Assembly: GCA_041738615.1 (NCBI GenBank)
Contig: JBGSPL010000002.1
Location: 10,654 to 74,653, forward strand
DNA length: 64,000 nt
Direction: 5' to 3'
Source of the DNA: Patescibacteria group bacterium
Lineage (GTDB): Bacteria > Patescibacteriota > CPR2 > UBA1875 > CAIMLA01
Shown: one piece after another, positions 7,461 to 15,220 of the stretch
Layout: each line of letters opens with the position of its first letter
How positions within the stretch are numbered: position 1 is the first letter of the stretch
Made by a program: the position numbers and the translations under genes
The notes under the pieces: generated by a model
The model's database searches: none
The model's input: only the letters and a program-made list of their open reading frames with translations
What the model was told of the DNA's origin: nothing

Positions 7461-10158
7461 CTACATAAACTCCTACATGTATGTGGTTCGTATGTCCAGC
7501 AAGTGTCTGGGCAGAATAGTTGAAGGGTTTTCCGTTCCTTAAATTGTATTTATTTGCACTAACCCCAATCGCTGTATTCTTGTATATTAGTTCATCAATA
7601 CTGAGCTCATCAGCATGTGCATATGCCCAAGGCATTAGGGTTTTAGCCACGCTCTCATCACCTATATCGAAGGCGAGACCAATCCAGTGGAGGGTACCAG
7701 GCTTGTGTCCTGTTTTCATGACGGAAATTTCTAGGGGTCCTTTGTCCTTACTATCCAGGTAGTCTGCCATTTGCAGGGCGGTACGGATTGTTTGGGCTCG
7801 TACCTTACCGTTGGCAACATCACCGTCAATGTCACCTATGCTTTGTTTGGTGATTTTACCGACTTTACGATATTTTTTCCAAGTCTTGCGAAGCTCAGTG
7901 ATATCGCCGTCTAACGCTGCAGGATTATCCCCTGAGTCGTCTGTAGTATCGGTATCTACTTCCTCGGCGCAGTTATTATTTACAGCGGTACCTCCAGCCG
8001 CAGTAGGGTCCTTCCCATCAACGACGCGAACATGGAAGTGGTCATCATGTTGAGATAGTAGAGACATCTTTCCGGGGAGTTTCTTGTCGTCAGCATATTT
8101 ATTAACAGCGGTAACCACGGCTTGGTCGTAATAGAAGATAGTGTCTATAACGCCGGTGTCGATAAAGTCCTTTCCTAGCTCTATGGCGAGAGAGCGTTCG
8201 TAGTTTGAGTTATTTGAGTGACCCGGTAATGACATGAATAATTTACCTCTTGAGTAGATGTCTACGTCTATACCCTTTTTGTGACTTTTGTGTCCGGGTG
8301 CGTTCAGGTCTCCAACTCCAAACTTCTCCTCAGGGTGTTTGCTTGACCAAGTCTGCCCAACGGCAAGAATGGTATTAACTAGAGTTTTGCCTCCCCATTG
8401 CTGTGAAGGAGGTGAACCACCGTTGACGTTACGTTTGTAAAAGCTTGACTTTGGTAGCTGGTAGTAACCACTAGAGTTGGCTTTACCAAGGTCGTTTACA
8501 GTTGCTCCAGATTTTGGAAAGTATATTTCGACCCCGTCTGCTATCGCTATAGCTACTTTCTTTTGGTTTGAAGCGTCACCAATAAAGTCAGCGTCTTTTT
8601 TAACCTTCAAGCTAGCCATCTCGACTAAAGAAGTTGGGATGTTATATGTATAACCGAACCCGGCATTTGAAGGGTGTTCGCGGACTTCGCTTGGGTAAGC
8701 TGACCCGCTTGCATATGTTAACTTCGCAGCATCAAAGGCCTTGTTTAGGGCTTTGGCAAAACCGTTATCTTGTGAGATGGTTGAGTCTTTGCGTCTCGCG
8801 AAGTACTCTCCGTTAGCGCCTTTGGTGTCCCATTTATTCTTGATTACATCTGGGTTTGATCTGTAAAAGACAATGCCATCTTTGGGACCATTGCCGTCAT
8901 TGTGCAGCTTTATGATTGCGGTTGCATTCTTCTGTTTAGCTAACTGCCCTCGATCGTAGTTACTCATAAAGGTGTCAGCATTGTCTTTAGTAAGGATGGC
9001 GTCGTAGCCCCTGCTCTGTAGTTCGGTTTGAAGATAGTTGGCGACCTTTTGGTTAACTTCTCTTTCTGAGACACCATGGCCGGAAGTACCAGAGGTAGCG
9101 CCTGTTTTGCTTCTTAGCCAGTTTGCTAAGTCGTTGGCGTAGTCAGCAATCGAATTAGAACTGTCTAACTCACTTGGGTGTCCAGGATCAATAACTATAA
9201 CACTGCCATTAGCGGCATCTGCGCTTGCCTCGTCGCACTTTGTTGTTGGAAACGCCGCCGCCAGAGTTTGAAACATGAATAGCGTGAGGAAGAAGATAAT
9301 TATAGCGATAACGATAGAGACAACAAGTCCCCAACCACTGCCCAGAAATGCTGCAATACCGACCACAGTTTCAGTTTCAGCTGCTGCAGTTGCTGCTGCT
9401 GCGGCAGCCGTTTCCGCTGCAGCAGCACCCTCGGCGGCTTCTCCTAGCTTTGCGGCTTCGCCTCCGAGCTCTGCAGCCTTGGAGATGCCTGGACCTTCGG
9501 GCTTGGCTGGTCCCCCGGGGCCACCTTCCTTTTGGAATTCGGGGAGGTCGCTCTTTGCATCTGCGTCTTCGCCGATGCCCGGCTCTTCGTCGTCAGCTTG
9601 CTCTGCCTCCTCAGCGCGGTCCATCAGGTCGTTCTTATCGGCGTAGTTCTGCCGAGCGGCAGGGTCGGACGCTAAGTTGTAGCCGTCATCTGACTCCTCG
9701 GGCTTTACCGTCTCGTTGGGGTCGGTACTGCCAGCATCTTCTCCCGTATCTTCATCTTCTCCACCTGGAGCTTCCCCGTTTTCGGCTTCTTTCCCTTCCG
9801 CATCTGGTCTTCTGGTCTTACCGTCAGAGCGGTCTTTGCCTTGGCCGCTACCAAGGGGGTCTATCCAGTTGAAGGCGGGGCCGCCCGCTCCACCACCGAG
9901 ATAGTTTTCTAGTCCTTGCTGCTTCGCCCAGGACTTGTCGTCCATCAGGTCATGAGCAGCCCGATCGTCGGTTCCTGCTCTACGCCTATCCTTGGCACTG
10001 GTAAAACCTTCACGGCGAAGCTGACGTGCGGCCCAATCATGGGCATCATGCCAAACCTTGTCATCCATATGCTTACGAGGTTGGCCAATTAGCTCAGGAT
10101 GCCCCATGCCCCTGAGTCTTTCGTTGAACCAATAATCGTAATTTTTGTTGTTTACCAT
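7453..10158 (-). CDS. Membrane-anchored multidomain peptidoglycan hydrolase (Amidase_3 + MepA-like + second LAS/M15-like peptidase)
   Basis: IDPGH/SEREVN/KLHND/LVEMA; GDLN..GHKSHKKGIDVD..HDDHFHV; HWIGLAFD..HTNHIHV; single TM after an acidic N-terminus. Confidence 0.8.
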   Translation of the reverse strand: MVNNKNYDYWFNERLRGMGHPELIGQPRKHMDDKVWHDAHDWAARQLRREGFTSAKDRRRAGTDDRAAHDLMDDKSWAKQQGLENYLGGGAGGPAFNWIDPLGSGQGKDRSDGKTRRPDAEGKEAENGEAPGGEDEDTGEDAGSTDPNETVKPEESDDGYNLASDPAARQNYADKNDLMDRAEEAEQADDEEPGIGEDADAKSDLPEFQKEGGPGGPAKPEGPGISKAAELGGEAAKLGEAAEGAAAAETAAAAAATAAAETETVVGIAAFLGSGWGLVVSIVIAIIIFFLTLFMFQTLAAAFPTTKCDEASADAANGSVIVIDPGHPSELDSSNSIADYANDLANWLRSKTGATSGTSGHGVSEREVNQKVANYLQTELQSRGYDAILTKDNADTFMSNYDRGQLAKQKNATAIIKLHNDGNGPKDGIVFYRSNPDVIKNKWDTKGANGEYFARRKDSTISQDNGFAKALNKAFDAAKLTYASGSAYPSEVREHPSNAGFGYTYNIPTSLVEMASLKVKKDADFIGDASNQKKVAIAIADGVEIYFPKSGATVNDLGKANSSGYYQLPKSSFYKRNVNGGSPPSQQWGGKTLVNTILAVGQTWSSKHPEEKFGVGDLNAPGHKSHKKGIDVDIYSRGKLFMSLPGHSNNSNYERSLAIELGKDFIDTGVIDTIFYYDQAVVTAVNKYADDKKLPGKMSLLSQHDDHFHVRVVDGKDPTAAGGTAVNNNCAEEVDTDTTDDSGDNPAALDGDITELRKTWKKYRKVGKITKQSIGDIDGDVANGKVRAQTIRTALQMADYLDSKDKGPLEISVMKTGHKPGTLHWIGLAFDIGDESVAKTLMPWAYAHADELSIDELIYKNTAIGVSANKYNLRNGKPFNYSAQTLAGHTNHIHVGVYVDE

Positions 10159-10228
10159 ATTCTTATTCCGTTAGGAAAATCGGTTTTATGTAGTTTACTG
10201 TCAGCGTTTATTCTTGCTGTTAAATTAC

Positions 10229-11212
10229 TCACGGTTTTCCTCCGCCGAGCCTTAGAAGTTTACCGACATAGCTGTCTCCGGAAAAATAAACAACCCCACT
10301 ATCGCTTAGCCCAAATAGCTTGTAGTAATCGATATTATTAACCCCATAGTTTATTTGGTATGTTGTGCTGTCCTTAGCTAGATAAATATAGTCTTTCTTG
10401 TATTGTGAATAGATAAAGCAGTTTGCACCCGCGGCGAACTGGTCGGAGGGAGTAATATTAATTTTCGAGGGCGCGTGATTAGCAGGGAAAAGTCTGATTG
10501 AACTACTGTCGGCATATATTAGGCCACCGTTATCAAATATTCTGATGCGGCTTGACTCAGCAAACTTTTGTTCCAGTACCCTTATTGTTTTCAGCTTTTC
10601 ATCATATATCGTGACTTTCCCATTGATGTAATCTGCGAAACTTCCTCCAGCAGTCGAAAGTATGGGGGGATTGCTTGATAATTTAGTGCCAGTCTTTTTC
10701 CACTGGTCTCCTGTATGTTGGTATACGTAGTTAGTGCCCAGGCTTAGTATTTGGCTACCGGTTAGCCACGTGAATCCGGGCGCAGAACCTAAAAATATTG
10801 GGAGGTTGTCACCTAGATTATATGTCGCGTAAACCATTGTAGTTTCGGGGTCCTTGTAGTTACTATATCCCTCCAGTGCGGCTGGATCATTAACAATCTC
10901 TAGCAGCACCTTCTGCTTGTCTGGGTACCAGTATAAGTTAGAAATCTCTCCGTTAATAACTTGCTCGCTAATATCTTTCGCGGTCGTTTCTCCATTATCT
11001 ATCTTAGCGAGTGCAGTGTTGCGGAAAGTCATAAATGAGACATCATTGTCCGAGATATTTATGTGTTCCATCTGACCTTCAAGTGAGGTGAGATCTATCT
11101 CGGACGTTACGGTTTGGAGCGGGGCCGTTTTGGTAGAAACCAGATAAGTCATGATAATAACAACGATAATTAATATGGTACTGATAATTGGAATAATAAT
11201 CTTTTTGTTCAT
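10229..11212 (-). CDS. Membrane-anchored extracellular protein, possibly beta-propeller
   Basis: N-terminal TM; LYWYPDKQKVLL and FTWLTGSQIL resemble blade segments. Confidence 0.55.
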   Translation of the reverse strand: MNKKIIIPIISTILIIVVIIMTYLVSTKTAPLQTVTSEIDLTSLEGQMEHINISDNDVSFMTFRNTALAKIDNGETTAKDISEQVINGEISNLYWYPDKQKVLLEIVNDPAALEGYSNYKDPETTMVYATYNLGDNLPIFLGSAPGFTWLTGSQILSLGTNYVYQHTGDQWKKTGTKLSSNPPILSTAGGSFADYINGKVTIYDEKLKTIRVLEQKFAESSRIRIFDNGGLIYADSSSIRLFPANHAPSKINITPSDQFAAGANCFIYSQYKKDYIYLAKDSTTYQINYGVNNIDYYKLFGLSDSGVVYFSGDSYVGKLLRLGGGKP

Positions 11213-11835
11213 CTGATTACAGTTCCTTCTATCTTGCCCATGACCTTTGACCCGCCATTCAAGCCGCTGCCGCTGTCTAGTTTAAGTTTGTGTTTTTTCC
11301 AGTAGGCTACCATCTCCGGGCAATAATCCACACAGGCAAGGTCAAGTCGGTTCGGTTTGGTTACAGTGGAAGCAAAGTGGTCCCCTACAGGGGTCGCTTC
11401 GCTGTTATTGTAGCCGGGAATAATTATCTTGGCTTGCTTTAGGACTTTTTTGCTATGGATCAGTGGTACAGGAATCTTGTTTATATCAACATGCCCGCCA
11501 GAATGATACTTACTATCTTGGGGGACAGCTATAACACCAGTTGAGACCTTTTTGCCGTTGTACTTACCGATATATCCCGTGGGGCTTGACGAGTTTAGCC
11601 AAACTTTAAGCATAGACCCGCCGCCGTTGTGACCGTTGATACCCCCTTTGCCAGGGTCATAAGTAGTTATCCAAAACTCAACGTCACCGGTAATGGCTGC
11701 AGTATCCGTTTTGTCTTCCACCTCTCCTCCCCCGCCCATTAACCCGACCGTTAGGGCAACGATAAATATTATAAAGACGCTTGAGGCAAAACAGCCCCCC
11801 AGCGTGCAGCCTACCTGTGATTTCCCTCCTGCCAC
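11209..11835 (-). CDS. 3D-domain (MltA C-terminal-like) cell-wall protein
   Basis: ITTYDP..GVIAVP..IIIPGY..VGD..NRLDLA follows 3D-domain spacing; N-terminal TM. Confidence 0.6.
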   Translation of the reverse strand: MAGGKSQVGCTLGGCFASSVFIIFIVALTVGLMGGGGEVEDKTDTAAITGDVEFWITTYDPGKGGINGHNGGGSMLKVWLNSSSPTGYIGKYNGKKVSTGVIAVPQDSKYHSGGHVDINKIPVPLIHSKKVLKQAKIIIPGYNNSEATPVGDHFASTVTKPNRLDLACVDYCPEMVAYWKKHKLKLDSGSGLNGGSKVMGKIEGTVIR

Positions 11836-11838
11836 GTG

Positions 11839-13650
11839 TTATTTTCTCCCGAGTTCGTTCAGCTGTTCTGGGTTTGTGGTAATTAGCAGATCTTCCTGGT
11901 AGCTTGGAGTGACCTTCAGGGCGACATGATTTAGTCCGGCGAAGAAGAGCCCCTCTCCTTTATCTGCGTTCAGAAGAAAGTACTTTTCAGCCGTGGTTAG
12001 ATTGAAGACCCTAGAGATGATATCCGCAGTGGCCGGGTGCTGCTTGAGCAGCAAGGTCAGTGACGAGTTGTTCACAATCGCCCTTCCGTAGCTAGAGCTG
12101 ATAAACTCGTCAACATCCTGGCTGATAGTCGTAAGGCCGAGGTAATATTTACGAGCCCGCTTCGCAATAGAGTAGATAAACTGGGCAGAGTCTTCATATT
12201 TCATCATCAGCCACGCTTCGTCCACGATGAGCATGCGGCGTTTGCGTTCGCTCTTCACGCGGTTCCAGATAAAGTTTAGGATAATGTGCATTGCGATAGG
12301 TCGGAGCTCATCCTCAAGGTCGCGGATAGAAAAGACGATAAACTGATTATCCATCTTGATGTTAGACTGTTGATTGAAGAGCCCCGAGAAGGTACCTGTG
12401 GTGTATTTCTGCATTCTGATAGCCATGGTCTCTCCGCCCTGGATACTGCCAAGAATCTTCTCTAGGTCCCCCATGGTCGGAGGCGTAAGGCCGTGAGTCG
12501 ACGGGTCACTAGTGATACCACGCGAGGCATATGATTCGATAAGCGCACGGTCTAGGATATTGTCTTCTACGGCTGTCAGAGTGCCACCAAGCATGATACG
12601 CACGAGCCCGTGGATAAGTATTACGTTGCTTCGCAAGATGTCTTCACCGTCCTTGGAGCCGCTTGCGGATGTAGGCAAGTCAAATGGGTTTATGCGGTAG
12701 TCGGAGTTCAGGGAGACATTCAGATAACTTCCGGCTACTGATTCGCAGAGCGCCTCGTACTCGTTTTCTGGGTCAATGATGATGACTTCGGTGCCAAACA
12801 TCATAGAGCGCACCGCCTCTAGCTTGATAGCGTAACTTTTACCTGCACCAGACATAGCCAGTACTACCATGTTGGCATTTTCTAGAGTAAAGCGGTCAAA
12901 TAGAACCAAGCTGTTGTTGTGCCTGTTGATGCCGTAGAGCACGCCTTCGTTATTTGAAAGCTCGGAGGAAACAAATGGGAAGCTAGTAGAGAGAGCACCA
13001 GTGTCGAAGTTACGCGAGATATCCATGACATCGTTTCCGAGTGGAAGCCCAGAGTCAAAACAGTCCTCTTGCTGCAGAGTGGCCCTCTTGGTATATACCA
13101 GCATTCCGCCCAGGTTCGTCTCGAGCATGTCGGTAAGCTGGTCCAGCTCCTTCAGCGTTTTTGCATAGAGGTTGATGTATAGAGACATCTTGAAGAACTT
13201 CGATTCGCCGCGTTGCAGTAAATCGCGTAGTTCCTCTACGTCCTGGTAGGCCGTCTGAAGCATAGGATCGCGCACGGCGCCTTTTTCTTGTTGCTCGGAG
13301 TAAGTAGACTGGATTTGTCCTACCTTTGTCCTTAGCTTGTCCATGATCTCCTTATTGTCTATCGGGTAGATAAACATCGAGAGATCGCCTTCGAAGCTTC
13401 CATTGATGATTGGTGAGAGCCACTCGGTATATAGATAGCGAGGATATGTGTAGACAAAGAATGATCGAGCGTAGTAGCCGCCTATTTCTATGTGGTCGAG
13501 CTCCACGTTGATGCTGGAGGGCGCGATGATGTCACGCAGAGTGGCCATACCTTCACGATAGACGCGCTCTGCCTCGAGCTTGCGGGCTTCGTTTGCCTCC
13601 CTGGCCTGCTTTTCCGCTGCAGACTTGGGGTCAAAGATATTATCAAGCAT
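11839..13650 (-). CDS. virB4: VirB4-like type IV secretion ATPase
   Basis: NANMVVLAMSGAGKS Walker A, IIIDPENEY, LIVDEAW, KRARKY; AGGAG RBS before ATG 13650. Confidence 0.92.
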   Translation of the reverse strand: MLDNIFDPKSAAEKQAREANEARKLEAERVYREGMATLRDIIAPSSINVELDHIEIGGYYARSFFVYTYPRYLYTEWLSPIINGSFEGDLSMFIYPIDNKEIMDKLRTKVGQIQSTYSEQQEKGAVRDPMLQTAYQDVEELRDLLQRGESKFFKMSLYINLYAKTLKELDQLTDMLETNLGGMLVYTKRATLQQEDCFDSGLPLGNDVMDISRNFDTGALSTSFPFVSSELSNNEGVLYGINRHNNSLVLFDRFTLENANMVVLAMSGAGKSYAIKLEAVRSMMFGTEVIIIDPENEYEALCESVAGSYLNVSLNSDYRINPFDLPTSASGSKDGEDILRSNVILIHGLVRIMLGGTLTAVEDNILDRALIESYASRGITSDPSTHGLTPPTMGDLEKILGSIQGGETMAIRMQKYTTGTFSGLFNQQSNIKMDNQFIVFSIRDLEDELRPIAMHIILNFIWNRVKSERKRRMLIVDEAWLMMKYEDSAQFIYSIAKRARKYYLGLTTISQDVDEFISSSYGRAIVNNSSLTLLLKQHPATADIISRVFNLTTAEKYFLLNADKGEGLFFAGLNHVALKVTPSYQEDLLITTNPEQLNELGRK

Positions 13651-14362
13651 TTTCTTCTCCTTCGGGATTGGCTGGATTTGGACCGATACCACCAGAGATA
13701 ATCTCCGCTTCAGATCCAGAAATGTCAGTGAGTTTCTCAGAGCTAGAAATGTCAGGGTTGTATATGGAGTAGTACAGCTCTATCAGCTCCTCGGTGTTCA
13801 GCGCTGCACATCGAACCCCGATGCCAGTAAGCCCGTTTATAATATGGTCTACGCGTTCTAGGAGCTCCATCTTCTGCGTTCCAAAGTCAACCGTAGCCAC
13901 GCCTTCTTTCCCTGAGAAAAGATTCTTTACTACGTTCACTTTCTCCGTCCCAGTGGGGTAGAAAGGAACCACCAGAAAGAAGCGTTTCTCCATAATGTTG
14001 GAAAACTGGAGAAGTTCAGCGATAAAGTCGATGTACTGAGTGGTTTGCAATTTCAAAAGCTCATTCGTCTGTAGGCTCAGCTGTTTCTCCAGAGAGTTTA
14101 CATAGGCATCTAGGTGAAGCTGTCGTGATTTTACGTATACCTGTATTGGAAAGCCGAGGGAATTCAGGAAGCTCTGGTACGAGGAAACTATCGCGTTCTT
14201 TTCATCATCGCTCTTTAGGGCAAAGTTTACAGAGGAAACCAAAAGTACGGCCCTCAAAGAACCGTTGCGCATCACGACTACACCTTCTTTGATTTCCTTG
14301 ATCGGAATAAATTGCTGAGTAGACGGTGCCTTTACCTTCTTGTTGTACTTTGTGTCAGACAT
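13643..14362 (-). CDS. Conserved T4SS protein (TraC-like / VirB4 N-terminal-type domain)
   Basis: STQQFIPIKEIKEG..SSVNFALKSDDE..LNTEELIELYYSIYNP; overlaps the virB4 start. Confidence 0.75.
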   Translation of the reverse strand: MSDTKYNKKVKAPSTQQFIPIKEIKEGVVVMRNGSLRAVLLVSSVNFALKSDDEKNAIVSSYQSFLNSLGFPIQVYVKSRQLHLDAYVNSLEKQLSLQTNELLKLQTTQYIDFIAELLQFSNIMEKRFFLVVPFYPTGTEKVNVVKNLFSGKEGVATVDFGTQKMELLERVDHIINGLTGIGVRCAALNTEELIELYYSIYNPDISSSEKLTDISGSEAEIISGGIGPNPANPEGEENA

Positions 14363-14446
14363 AACCCTCGCTTCGTACACTCATTTTAGCATAACTAATG
14401 AATACGAAGAAACTCTTATTTAGAAGCATCTTTGTGCGGGGTGAGG

Positions 14447-15202
14447 TTACCCCCTGTCAAATTTCTTGACCTTAGCACTATCGAGCTTTTCCTCTAGTAC
14501 TCGCTGGTTTTCTTGAATTTTATTCAGTGTGGATTCTAGCTTCTTTTCGTCTGCGAGCGAGAGCTTCGAGTATTCAAAGTCGTCCTTGTTGGTTTTCTTT
14601 GTTGCTAGCGTACTTACTGGGGTTTCCTTCTTGTTTTTTTCGACATACTCTTTCGCCTGAGAGATGATAGAGTCCATCATCGGAGCGGCTTCCTCGGTTT
14701 TTGCTAGAACGTCCTTGACTGCCTCGGGCTCCTCTACTTCTTTCACTTCTACGTTAGTCTGCCGGTTCACTGTAGAGTCCATCCCTGCGGCACCACCTGA
14801 GTCCACGACCATGGCTAGCCTCTCGAGACCACTCTTGATCTCGTGAATACTTTTCTTTGCAGCCACGGTTTTTCTAGTATGCGGTGTCTCGTCATGGGTG
14901 GGGATTTCGGGATCGTCGTCCTTGCGCCAAATTCGTTCATGGGGCGCAAACAGGGATTTGACACCGGCCATGATAAAGGTCTCAAACGGACGGTCGTTTA
15001 TTTTCACAAAGGCAAATGCGATACCAACGCATGCTGTTACAAGTGCGAATGGGATAAAGAGGAATTGCAAAGGTCCAACGAAGGCATAGAACTCCAGGAG
15101 TCCCACGCCACCAGCGACCATGACGAACATGAACTGTCTGAGCGTAAGCCCGGCAATTACCTTGTCTTCGATGTCTATGTTTTGGGGGACTTTATATTGC
15201 AT
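14447..15202 (-). CDS. PrgI family (VirB3-like) protein
   Basis: MQYKVPQNIDIEDKVIAGLTLRQF, two TMs, INDRPFE. Confidence 0.88.
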   Translation of the reverse strand: MQYKVPQNIDIEDKVIAGLTLRQFMFVMVAGGVGLLEFYAFVGPLQFLFIPFALVTACVGIAFAFVKINDRPFETFIMAGVKSLFAPHERIWRKDDDPEIPTHDETPHTRKTVAAKKSIHEIKSGLERLAMVVDSGGAAGMDSTVNRQTNVEVKEVEEPEAVKDVLAKTEEAAPMMDSIISQAKEYVEKNKKETPVSTLATKKTNKDDFEYSKLSLADEKKLESTLNKIQENQRVLEEKLDSAKVKKFDRG

Positions 15203-15220
15203 GGAACCTTAATTTCTGAT

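Noticed and set aside
9360-9480. GCT/GCA-rich tandem repeat
   Set aside because: A low-complexity Ala/Glu coding linker in the hydrolase
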